Virus record (IMG/VR): IMGVR_UViG_3300031418_000003
DNA from: a virus
Lineage: Duplodnaviria; Caudoviricetes
Direction: 5' to 3' (one strand)
DNA length: 64,000 bases
Shown: positions 1 through 8,868 of the stretch, piece after piece
Layout of the letters: every line of letters begins with the position of its first letter
Position numbering within the stretch: the stretch's first letter is position 1
The notes under the pieces: model-generated
What the model was told of the DNA's origin: nothing
The model's database searches: none
Seen by the model: only the letters and a program-made list of their open reading frames with translations
Translations under genes and position numbers: made by a program

Positions 1-148
1 CTTCTTCACCACCGACGTGAACCTCGGACAACTCAATAATAGAGTGGGTCGGAAAGTTTTCACTGGGTAACAGGGTCTCGCCTTTTTCGATGGTGAATAC
101 CAGGGGTTCACCGACGGTCTCTACATTATCAATATTTTCTACATGCAT
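1..148 (-). CDS. Hypothetical protein, partial (runs off left edge)
   Basis: Manual translation MHVENIDNVETVGEPL... open to the edge; early-type promoter motif just upstream (181-197). Confidence 0.6.
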   Translation of the reverse strand, partial: MHVENIDNVETVGEPLVFTIEKGETLLPSENFPTHSIIELSEVHVGGEE

Positions 149-203
149 TTTGATTGTCCAATTGTGGTTAGTACACAATGATAATATATGTTTGAATTAA
201 TTT

Positions 204-231
204 ACCTACTTCCCTTTTACAGGAAGTAGGT
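204..231. terminator. Intrinsic terminator hairpin
   Basis: acctacttcc/ggaagtaggt stem just downstream of 237..488. Confidence 0.65.
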
Positions 232-236
232 AGTTT

Positions 237-488
237 TCACTGGGAGAATACTTGCATGGTCCAGCTTTCTTTTCCTTCCATACGGGCTACATCAATCGTA
301 CCAATGTAGTTATCCATACTTAAGGGGAAGACATAGCCGGCAAAGTCATCGTCAGTAACAGTGAAACCATCTTCGGTAACTGTCGCAACAGTTTTAACGA
401 AAGGTGCTTGATCAATACCACCCTTGTTCGATTTGATTTCAATGAGCTGACCGGGGAGAATCTCAAGAATTGATTTGAGCATCTTCAC
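237..488 (-). CDS. Hypothetical protein, paralog of 813..1046
   Basis: EILPGQLIEIKSNKGGIDQAPF aligns with EISPGDLIEISSDSGGIESAPF. Confidence 0.75.
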   Translation of the reverse strand: MKMLKSILEILPGQLIEIKSNKGGIDQAPFVKTVATVTEDGFTVTDDDFAGYVFPLSMDNYIGTIDVARMEGKESWTMQVFSQ

Positions 489-795
489 GATTTTCCGTTA
501 TCGAGCGTTCAAAGAAAGGCTTCAACTTATCGATATCCGCCTGCAGAATCTTATCAGCGCGCGCCTCTGAGATATCAAAGGTCGTTTGCAGATTGATCCA
601 AAACATCGCGGTGGTACCGAACACCTTTCCTAACCGCAAAGCCATTTCTGTGGTCAGGGTTGCTTTACCGTTAATCAAACGACTCAACGCTGCTTCTGAG
701 ACGTCTAGAAGCTTAGCCAGTTTATTACTGGAGAGTTTATGCGGAACCATATACTCTTCTTTCAGGATCTCTCCTGGGGTTGAAGTAATGCGCAT
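463..795 (-). CDS. higA: HigA-family HTH antitoxin-like protein
   Basis: TPGEILKEEY...LAKLL.VS...LSRLING...LT.EMALRLGKVFGTTAMFWINLQ matches the HigA/XRE pattern. Confidence 0.85.
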   Translation of the reverse strand: MRITSTPGEILKEEYMVPHKLSSNKLAKLLDVSEAALSRLINGKATLTTEMALRLGKVFGTTAMFWINLQTTFDISEARADKILQADIDKLKPFFERSITENREDAQINS

Positions 796-812
796 TATTC
801 TTCCTTCAAAGA

Positions 813-1046
813 TTACTTATGAAAGATGTGGCAAAGGTTACCTGTTTTCATTTCTACGGTTTGATCATAATTTTCCATAGAAGGTTCAATTGACCAGGTT
901 TCATCTCCATCGGTAATCGATAAAGAGGAGGTGTTTGATTTTACCACTTCGCGAGTAAATGGTGCACTTTCAATCCCACCCGAGTCGGACGATATTTCAA
1001 TCAGATCACCTGGCGAAATTTCAGCTAACGATACAATTGTTTTCAT
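813..1046 (-). CDS. Hypothetical protein, paralog of 237..488
   Basis: Start moved to MKTIVS (TAATG overlap with upstream stop); similarity to 237..488. Confidence 0.75.
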   Translation of the reverse strand: MKTIVSLAEISPGDLIEISSDSGGIESAPFTREVVKSNTSSLSITDGDETWSIEPSMENYDQTVEMKTGNLCHIFHK

Positions 1047-1231
1047 TATTGACCACCTGGCCAAGTAAAAGCATCGGCCTTACCTGTCAGTACTCGCCAC
1101 GCTGCTTTAACGCGTACTTTGAACCCTGGCCAACCTTTAAGACCTTTTGGGCGCGCAGGTACCCACTTACCTCTGATTTGACATTGGGTGTGACTCAATG
1201 CCTGTAACAGATCATCATATTTATATTCCAC
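1046..1231 (-). CDS. Small conserved phage protein
   Basis: WVPARP...AWRVLTGKADAFTW pattern typical of small phage proteins. Confidence 0.7.
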   Translation of the reverse strand: MEYKYDDLLQALSHTQCQIRGKWVPARPKGLKGWPGFKVRVKAAWRVLTGKADAFTWPGGQ

Positions 1232-1268
1232 GATTGAATCCCCTTAATGACATCCCTGTCTGTTAATA

Positions 1269-3290
1269 TTAGTCGCGGGCGATTGGGTGCATGAACGCTT
1301 CCAATACGCCACCTTGACGGTTCTTAATACGCATGTTGTTTGGATGACCCAACAATGCACTGGCCTGCCAACCATACAGTAAAGTGTTACCCATACCACG
1401 GTTTAGAATACCTTCATGGAAACTCACGAAGTTACGCGGTTCGTCCCCAGTCGGTGTTCCATAATCCAGATGTTCAGGATCACGTGCCATACATGCCCAC
1501 AGGAAAATAGAGTGCATGATGATGTTGGCTTCCTTATATTTCTCATCCACCACCTTCCAGAATGCGATCATTGTTTCACCGTGAAGTTCTGGTGTCACTT
1601 TCACATCCCAGCGACGATGGACATGTGGAAACTTCAGGAAGCTCTCAACACGTTTACGATACGCATCCAGGTCTTCGTTGACCTGTGGAAGTTCAAACGC
1701 CGGCTCTTTGAAATCGTAATCCTTCAACGAGATCTTAAAGCTTCGGCCTTCTTCTTCCATTGGTTTCGATAACAGATACTCAATAAACGTTTTCGTCATT
1801 CGAGCATCACGGGATGCAATCGTGGTGGTCAGTACTGGGAAATAGGTTGCTTTCTTATCGTCAAACATTGGGTTAACAACGCTGACTTTAAGTTTGATCG
1901 ACTCATAGGTACGGAATCGAGTAGCATCCAAATCATCCATGCTGTCCATGAATTGGAAGTCAGAGAAATCCTGCTGGGTTTCTTTATCCAGAATAATGAA
2001 TGGATCAGAAGCTTCGTTCAGGATATCTTTGTTGAAGTAAATGAAGTCACCGGATTCATCGGTGGTGATGTACGGCATGTCTGGGCGCTGTACTTTAAAC
2101 CCGACGGATGTTGCAGATCCGATACGGTGTTTGGTTTTCAAGATTGACTGACCGATAGGTTCAGCAAACGTGGAACCATAGAACAGACCAGGAACACCTG
2201 CCTTCTTCGTATACGGGTTATACGGGATTGCAGATTCCATTTTACCGAAACACTTAGAACACGGCTTCCCACCTTTAGAATCGTTACACCAGGCGATGTC
2301 ACGAATCCGGATAGAACTGCCGGTTTCCAGTTTCTTCACTTCGTCATATGTCAGTAAGGTATTCGAACCATCATCGTTGATTGTCCAACGCCCCACTAAC
2401 GACTTCTTGAATTCACTGCTGATGATCTTCAGTACCGGACCAATCGTGGCACCGCAATCTGTCTGATAACGAATACCCTGTACAACCTGAGACACGTTGT
2501 GGATCTTTTTATGGAACCACTCGGAGTCCTGAAGTGCAGAGCCGTTACTGATCAGAGAGAAGCCCGCACCTTTGGAGTCACCCAGGGAATCAGCCAGGTT
2601 GGTAATACCATCAGCATAACTGGTCATGATTGTGTTCGGTAAGATAACGTTGTTCAGATCGAATACGTCACCGCGAGACACAATCAACTGGAAAGACTGC
2701 GTTGAGTTTACCGAGCGAGTACGATACAACAGCGTGAAGACATACGGGTTGAAATCCGGTTCTGTCATCATGATCTGTTCGAACTCTTTGTGCCCATCCG
2801 CCATATTGGTTTTACGACTGTGGACACGCTCACGCAGATCTTTGATCTTGGGATGCCGATAGATATGTACGATATCTACAGAACGTGCAGATACCACACC
2901 TTCTTCACCTTTGATCGCCAGATAGTTATGACATTGGTTATGCCAGGTAAAAATCAACTGCTTGATGAAGTCATAAAAGACCGGATCGTCATACTTGGGC
3001 ATTAGACGCTCAAGGAAGTTATCAATCGGTTTCTTCAGGGTATCATCATCAACAAAGGCTTGCCGACCTTCTTTGGCTTTTAGTAAGGCCAGCTCGTTAA
3101 CGAGATAAGGCTCTTCATCATAATGACGATGAACCACCAGACTGAACCAGGTCAGACCAAGCATCCAGGTGTCAGTGATTTGTTTCTCACCTTCATCATC
3201 GATGACTTCAATCTTGAACCGGCGTTCCGTAAACTGCAACATTGCTAAACAAGACAGATTTGCAAACTCACGCAGTTTTATCGTTTTCAC
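1269..3290 (-). CDS. Non-virion RNA polymerase beta' C-terminal subunit (phiKZ gp74-like)
   Basis: TDCGAT and C...CSKCFG Zn-site segments; AEPIGQSILKTKH trigger-loop-like segment; adjacent to the beta subunit. Confidence 0.85.
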   Translation of the reverse strand: MKTIKLREFANLSCLAMLQFTERRFKIEVIDDEGEKQITDTWMLGLTWFSLVVHRHYDEEPYLVNELALLKAKEGRQAFVDDDTLKKPIDNFLERLMPKYDDPVFYDFIKQLIFTWHNQCHNYLAIKGEEGVVSARSVDIVHIYRHPKIKDLRERVHSRKTNMADGHKEFEQIMMTEPDFNPYVFTLLYRTRSVNSTQSFQLIVSRGDVFDLNNVILPNTIMTSYADGITNLADSLGDSKGAGFSLISNGSALQDSEWFHKKIHNVSQVVQGIRYQTDCGATIGPVLKIISSEFKKSLVGRWTINDDGSNTLLTYDEVKKLETGSSIRIRDIAWCNDSKGGKPCSKCFGKMESAIPYNPYTKKAGVPGLFYGSTFAEPIGQSILKTKHRIGSATSVGFKVQRPDMPYITTDESGDFIYFNKDILNEASDPFIILDKETQQDFSDFQFMDSMDDLDATRFRTYESIKLKVSVVNPMFDDKKATYFPVLTTTIASRDARMTKTFIEYLLSKPMEEEGRSFKISLKDYDFKEPAFELPQVNEDLDAYRKRVESFLKFPHVHRRWDVKVTPELHGETMIAFWKVVDEKYKEANIIMHSIFLWACMARDPEHLDYGTPTGDEPRNFVSFHEGILNRGMGNTLLYGWQASALLGHPNNMRIKNRQGGVLEAFMHPIARD

Positions 3291-5379
3291 GCTCTTTCCT
3301 CAATACCAAACCAAAATCAGAGAACATATTGTCAATAACCTGCAGCGAGTGGTTCTTCTTCTCTTCACCCGGACGAATTAACTCAGGGATCAAGAACGGA
3401 TTATCGCTTCGGATTAAACGACGTACAGAAGCTTCCAGTAACTCAGCGGAGTTAGCCCAGGCCAGCATACGCGCTGCGGCTGCACCACCTTTCTGGTTGA
3501 TGAACAGTCGACCTTCGGTTTCGCCCACATTTCGGTTGAGGGTTGCGCGATAGAAATCACGGGCACGCTCATGTTTCGATAACGAGGTTGGGAGACCAAA
3601 GATATTCAACTTAGGTGTAGACTGACACGAGATGTCATCACCGAACTTATCCAGCATGATGTAATACACGCTACTGATAACGATCGGGTGGCGACTGCGT
3701 TTTGTTTCACCCCATTCATTGATCCAGGTTACCGGCGTGGGTTGAATTTCAGGATAGCGGTCAACCAGACGTTCAACAATTTTCACACCTTGAATTTCGT
3801 TGGTATTGTTACCCAGTGATGCAAATTCATTTTCATCCTTCATAATCCATTCCAGATGTTTCATTCGCATTTCTTCGGTAAACTTATCCATGATAGCACC
3901 GTGTTCCGGAGAGACTGTCTCATAGAAATCATAAGCAATCTTCCAAGCCAGATCATAGTCCTTCTTATTATACGCCTCGACGATCTTCGGATATAAATGA
4001 ATATTAACGAAGTTCACATCGAGTTCGATAAAGGAGTTATAAATCTGTCGGCGATAACCAGGGGTATTACCCACGATCATGTCTGCCACATTACCGTGAT
4101 CATCAACCGGTGCCATATGAGAAGGAAGAACTTTCATAATGACCGATTTGTTACCGTCCATACCGGTGTTCTTGAATCGGGTCTTCCCTTCTACTGCTTC
4201 ACGCAGATGAATACGAATACGCCAATCCTTGAGTTGAATATTACCGGTCTTACGTTTGACACGGGTATACTTGCCGTTACTGGTTGGTGTGGTAAAGTCA
4301 CGTGTGATGTTACCCATACCTTCGAAACAGATCAAGTTCCACAGTGCACGAGAGATAGGGACTTTCTTGTCCTTATACATACGCTGCTTCTCTTTATACC
4401 ATTTCACAATCGAGTTAGCGAAGTCGTTATGTGCTTCTTCGATCTTTTCCAGAATAGCAGTATGTGGTTGACTGCGTTTCTCGGCCCGTTTGTTATTAGA
4501 CAAATTCTTATAACGCTCGGTAACCACTTCAATATCTGCAACCACACAGTTAGGACTGGTTGAGTGGAAGAGGATATCATAGATCGGATCCGGTTCCATC
4601 AAGGCGGACTTGGTCAATGCAGCCATTGCACAGTCTGCGTCTTTACGGCGGAAGCCCATGATGATACCGTCAGAGCGCACAGTTTCACCAGACAGTGGGA
4701 AAGGTTGAGGATTATCGATTGTCCCATACAGGTTCAACGGAATATACTCATCTTCGTTCCACTGGAAATCGTGACTGCGTTTAAACGTTACCCCAATCTT
4801 TGCCGCATAGTGCTCAAAGATAACGACGGCGTCCTCTTCGGTAAAGACGTGGGACATCGCTGCCACCTTGGTCTCACAGCCCGGCACCCACTCATTACTT
4901 TCCGTGATACGTGCAGAGGTTGCAAAGACCGTACCTTTACGAAAACGCGCACCTTTACGAACTTGGCGGAGGAGATCATTGTCATAATGAAACTCAAAGC
5001 CAAGGTCCATATTTTGAGCGTGGAACTTAGGCATCTCAATCAGATCATATAAACCTGTTTCGAGATCTTTAACGATAACGTAATAAACACCCCATTTAGT
5101 GGTTTCTTTATCGTTAAGGATGTCACGAACAAAGAGAACTTCTTCGACTTCAACGTCAGAATCAGTTTCTACTTTACGTGCCCCTTTCGAATACTCTTGC
5201 TCCTCACCAGAAATATATTTGCGGTTAGTGGTACCATGAATAACAGCGGCCTTACCCTGGTTCTTCCCGAGCATGTATAAACGAGAAGCGGAGTTGGTCG
5301 CCCGGTTGGTATTCATCCCGATTGCCACACCTGCGGTATTCGGTTTAATCTGATTCTCATGTTGCTTCATGTTGCACAA
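3268..5379 (-). CDS. Non-virion RNA polymerase beta C-terminal subunit (phiKZ gp71-73-like)
   Basis: FTEEDAVVI, RFKNTGMDGNKSVI (cf. GDK...GNKGV), GETEGR (cf. GEME). Confidence 0.88.
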   Translation of the reverse strand: MCNMKQHENQIKPNTAGVAIGMNTNRATNSASRLYMLGKNQGKAAVIHGTTNRKYISGEEQEYSKGARKVETDSDVEVEEVLFVRDILNDKETTKWGVYYVIVKDLETGLYDLIEMPKFHAQNMDLGFEFHYDNDLLRQVRKGARFRKGTVFATSARITESNEWVPGCETKVAAMSHVFTEEDAVVIFEHYAAKIGVTFKRSHDFQWNEDEYIPLNLYGTIDNPQPFPLSGETVRSDGIIMGFRRKDADCAMAALTKSALMEPDPIYDILFHSTSPNCVVADIEVVTERYKNLSNNKRAEKRSQPHTAILEKIEEAHNDFANSIVKWYKEKQRMYKDKKVPISRALWNLICFEGMGNITRDFTTPTSNGKYTRVKRKTGNIQLKDWRIRIHLREAVEGKTRFKNTGMDGNKSVIMKVLPSHMAPVDDHGNVADMIVGNTPGYRRQIYNSFIELDVNFVNIHLYPKIVEAYNKKDYDLAWKIAYDFYETVSPEHGAIMDKFTEEMRMKHLEWIMKDENEFASLGNNTNEIQGVKIVERLVDRYPEIQPTPVTWINEWGETKRSRHPIVISSVYYIMLDKFGDDISCQSTPKLNIFGLPTSLSKHERARDFYRATLNRNVGETEGRLFINQKGGAAAARMLAWANSAELLEASVRRLIRSDNPFLIPELIRPGEEKKNHSLQVIDNMFSDFGLVLRKERENDKTA

Positions 5380-5403
5380 TACCTCTTTTCATTATACATA
5401 AAG

Positions 5404-5420
5404 ATAATATCTGCTTGATT
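5404..5420 (-). promoter_or_regulatory. Early-type promoter motif upstream of the nvRNAP beta gene
   Basis: Minus-strand tcaagcagATATTAT, one of ~9 copies in the window. Confidence 0.6.
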
Positions 5421-5452
5421 ATCTTTGGCACGAAAATTATTGGAGATCAAAA

Positions 5453-5797
5453 ATGCCTCTTCCTTATGAGGGTGGTGACTCTTACTACTATACCGACGAA
5501 TACAAAGTAATCATACGGTCATGTAAAGAAGTGCTGCTGCAATCTGCTTTCTATACCCCGTTCCAAGGACCGGGTATTAAATTTGCTTACCGTTATAACT
5601 TCCATAAGTTCTTGCGGCAAATTCGTACTGATAATTCAGAGATGACGGCCATCCCGGAAGAACTCATTTGGACCATCTCTTTTCTCAATGGTATTGAAAA
5701 CCCTAATCAGGACTTCAGTCATTTAGACGGCATCTATACTGTCACTGCTGAAAGCATTGATTTGATGATTCAGACAACCCGTACCGTAAGACAATAA
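5453..5797 (+). CDS. Small protein, possibly LysM/baseplate-wedge-like
   Basis: GGAG RBS; YRYNF...LIWTISFLNGIENP loosely resembles T4 gp53/LysM-like wedge proteins. Confidence 0.55.
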   Translation: MPLPYEGGDSYYYTDEYKVIIRSCKEVLLQSAFYTPFQGPGIKFAYRYNFHKFLRQIRTDNSEMTAIPEELIWTISFLNGIENPNQDFSHLDGIYTVTAESIDLMIQTTRTVRQ

Positions 5798-5814
5798 AAA
5801 ATTAAACAACAATA

Positions 5815-5842
5815 CTACTCCCTACGATATCGTAGGGAGTAG
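5815..5842. terminator. Bidirectional terminator
   Basis: Perfect 28-bp palindrome ctactccctacgatatcgtagggagtag between convergent genes. Confidence 0.75.
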
Positions 5843-5866
5843 ATATTTACTTATGCTTATTCGCTA

Positions 5867-7342
5867 TTAGTAGCCGTTAAGAGAACCGGTACCTACGAAG
5901 TCCATGCCGTTGTTTTGTTGTGGCATTCCGATACCATTATTCATGCCGTTGTTCACCATGCCATTGGACATAACTGGACGACCAGTATACGGATCATTCA
6001 CAAAAGCACCTCCCTGGTTAGGCATACCAATACCCATCAATGGAACAACACCGCCCTGCTGTTGCATGCCCATCATGTTCATCATACCCATCATGTTCAT
6101 CATTGGGTTCATCATGCCATTCTGCTGCCCGTTCTGAGGCATCTGGAAATCCTCAGAAATGAAGCGACCATCTTCAGCCAGACGACGAATACGAATCATG
6201 CCGTTTGGTTGCTGGAATTTAAATTCATAAATCCCGTTAGCCTGAGAATAGTCACTGCCGATGTAGTTTTCACCAGCCAGCGCATCTGGGGTACGTGGTG
6301 GGTTACCAGAACCACCGCCAGTATTGGTACTTACTGGTTGACCGTTACTGTTGAACATACCGTGGAACGGATTATAGCTGGAGATACGATTTGCATTGCT
6401 GTTGGAAGCCGGCGTCTCCGCAGCCGAGGTCAGATTATAGTTGTTATAATCCAACGCCGGAATCAGAGATTTGATTTCACCGATTTCATCCAGGTCAGAG
6501 ATCCAATCCAGATCAACACCGTAAACACCGATAGAGTCAAACTCTTTACGGAACTTGCCGATGATGCTGTTCATGTCGCTTGCTACCAGACCATAAGAAT
6601 GGAGATAAGCAACCAGACGTGCTGCATCAGGAGAAGTAGAAGAATACTTCTTACGGCTTGGATCCACACAGGCTGGCAGAACCAGCTCGAACAGAGCAAT
6701 GACTGTTACCAGTGCCGCCATAGAAACATTCTGATTATTAAACGACACACGGTCAGTTGGTTTCAGATGTTCGTTCTGGCTAACAGTACGATACAGTTCA
6801 GTATAGAACGGGAAGCTTGGTGTCGCGGTATAATACGCCGTTTCATCGTTATCCGTTTTACCGCCTTTGATGAGGGAGAAGTTAATCAGACGGGAGTCGA
6901 TGCCCTGGTCTTCCACATCAATAGAGATTGTTTTGATAACTTCCAGTACTTCCTGTTTCAGGTTTTTGGTCACGTTCTTAAACGGTTCCAACTGTTCCTG
7001 CATTTTGCCGCTCAGTGTCTTACCGCTTTTCTTGGTTGCCACATTGACAATCACTTCGAACATCGGTTGGAACACGGAATAGATCTTCGCCGCAGTGAGT
7101 TTACGGATGACCTTAAAGATCTCAGTTTCCTTAGACATGATAGACTCACATGCCGGATGGAAGAAGACCTTGCCAATGGTGATCCCGTTCAGGTTATCAG
7201 AGGTTGGCAGATAGACTTGCTTACCGTCAACTTTCACCGGTACTTCGATACCGCTCATGTTCAGCACCAGAGCGTAATCATCGGTGAACTTACAGCCGAA
7301 AGACTTCAGCATGGCTTCATAGATTTTGTTCAATTTGTTCAT
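5867..7342 (-). CDS. Conserved core protein (phiKZ gp70 position) with M/G/N/Q-rich tail
   Basis: 491 aa ORF in core synteny; low-complexity C-terminus. Confidence 0.75.
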   Translation of the reverse strand: MNKLNKIYEAMLKSFGCKFTDDYALVLNMSGIEVPVKVDGKQVYLPTSDNLNGITIGKVFFHPACESIMSKETEIFKVIRKLTAAKIYSVFQPMFEVIVNVATKKSGKTLSGKMQEQLEPFKNVTKNLKQEVLEVIKTISIDVEDQGIDSRLINFSLIKGGKTDNDETAYYTATPSFPFYTELYRTVSQNEHLKPTDRVSFNNQNVSMAALVTVIALFELVLPACVDPSRKKYSSTSPDAARLVAYLHSYGLVASDMNSIIGKFRKEFDSIGVYGVDLDWISDLDEIGEIKSLIPALDYNNYNLTSAAETPASNSNANRISSYNPFHGMFNSNGQPVSTNTGGGSGNPPRTPDALAGENYIGSDYSQANGIYEFKFQQPNGMIRIRRLAEDGRFISEDFQMPQNGQQNGMMNPMMNMMGMMNMMGMQQQGGVVPLMGIGMPNQGGAFVNDPYTGRPVMSNGMVNNGMNNGIGMPQQNNGMDFVGTGSLNGY

Positions 7343-8868
7343 GAGAAATAGCTCTGAATGTTAGAGAAGAAGTTAGAACCTGCTTCATGTGCAGATTCGC
7401 TGGTGCCCAGTACTGGACTGGTTGTGTTAATGGCGAAGGTTGGGAACATGCGTTTGATACCGACACTGGCTCCAGCAGCGTCCATCATGAACCCATTACC
7501 AATATTGTTTTCATCGACAACAGTCAAATCGATACTGGTTGTACCGAACAGTTCGGCCTGCACATCGAAACGAATTGGAACCAACTGGTTGATACTCAGA
7601 CCGTTCAGTTTAGTAAAGATCTGCGAAGTCAGTGCTTCCACAAATGCTTCTACTTTCTGACCCAACTGATAATCGTCTTCTTGTAAAGAAGCCGGCGCAT
7701 ACGGGAAGATAACAATGTTGTCCAAACCACCGTCACCGAAGTTGTCACAGTTAGACCCACGGAAGCTGATACCCATCAACCCGTATTTCAACATCAGGTC
7801 CAACATGTTGGCTTCGATCTCTGCCGCAGTGATTTCCGCTTGAGAAGAGGTACCGAACATTTCAGTGTTCTGAGTATAGTCTTCTGCAATGAACTGATCA
7901 CTGGTCATGATGGTCAGATCCATAACTTCTTCGATGTTAGGGAACGCCATTTCCAGGTCGGCCATGCTGTAACCGGTGAACCCACGAGTCTGAGAGTTAC
8001 CGGTCATCTGCATCATTTCACGGAAGAAGTCATCACGCAGTAACTGAGGCTCACGTTGCTGAGACTGATAACTGAGTTCGGTCAACTCGTTATACATCCC
8101 GTCCCACTGTGTACCCATCGTTTCCATTGAGTCAGAACCGAACAAACTGTTGCGCTGATAATTAGTGCCGGCGGTCAGAATGTCAGTGGCATAGCTGGTT
8201 GGGTTGGTATTGTCACGCTTAGAGGTTACGACACCGACGCGAGATAAAGAAGAAGAAGCTGGATTCGCACGGGGGTGCATTCCCGGTAATCCTTCTTCTT
8301 CCATGCGACTCATGACGTCATCATGAGTTGCTTTCTCTAACCCGAACTCCATCACATCAGCCGGTCGCAGTGTCACCAGATTTTGATCACTGGAACCGTC
8401 GTTAAACATGTAGTCGGTACGTGCACCGATTTGACGTTTAACCTGAGTAGGTGTATACAGGTCACCCATGTTACTGGTAATGGTTTCCTGCGTCTTCCAG
8501 GACATTACCGGATGGAACATCGCGTCCATGGTTAAACCGTGCAGCGCTTGGTTATTAGAAACATAACCCAACACGTTCATGTACTCAGTAAGTACCGGAG
8601 AACTTTGTGTGGTGAAAGTCAGTAGCATCAAACCTTTCGATGTGTTCCAACCTTCAGCAATGCTCGCATAACTGGCTTGAGCATTAAGACCGCCAGACAT
8701 CACAGCTGTATGTTTCAGCGTATTGGGCTTTACACCACCAGAGTGATTCTCAAACGTCAGGCTGTCGATAAGGGTAGAATGGATATCCATTACTGGGTTA
8801 CGGACAACTTGGTTTTGATAATAGTTGGTCAGGCCGGCGCGCGCTGAAACAAGTGTAATGTTACTCAT
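7339..8868 (-). CDS. picA: Probable phage-nucleus import factor PicA/Imp1 (phiKZ gp69-like)
   Basis: 509 aa, directly after the gp68-like gene; assignment by synteny and size only. Confidence 0.6.
   Translation of the reverse strand: MSNITLVSARAGLTNYYQNQVVRNPVMDIHSTLIDSLTFENHSGGVKPNTLKHTAVMSGGLNAQASYASIAEGWNTSKGLMLLTFTTQSSPVLTEYMNVLGYVSNNQALHGLTMDAMFHPVMSWKTQETITSNMGDLYTPTQVKRQIGARTDYMFNDGSSDQNLVTLRPADVMEFGLEKATHDDVMSRMEEEGLPGMHPRANPASSSLSRVGVVTSKRDNTNPTSYATDILTAGTNYQRNSLFGSDSMETMGTQWDGMYNELTELSYQSQQREPQLLRDDFFREMMQMTGNSQTRGFTGYSMADLEMAFPNIEEVMDLTIMTSDQFIAEDYTQNTEMFGTSSQAEITAAEIEANMLDLMLKYGLMGISFRGSNCDNFGDGGLDNIVIFPYAPASLQEDDYQLGQKVEAFVEALTSQIFTKLNGLSINQLVPIRFDVQAELFGTTSIDLTVVDENNIGNGFMMDAAGASVGIKRMFPTFAINTTSPVLGTSESAHEAGSNFFSNIQSYFS

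Noticed and set aside
5915-7351. 478 aa plus-strand ORF
   Set aside because: Exact antisense shadow of 5867..7342; His-rich composition arises from reverse-complemented Met/Asn codons; no RBS
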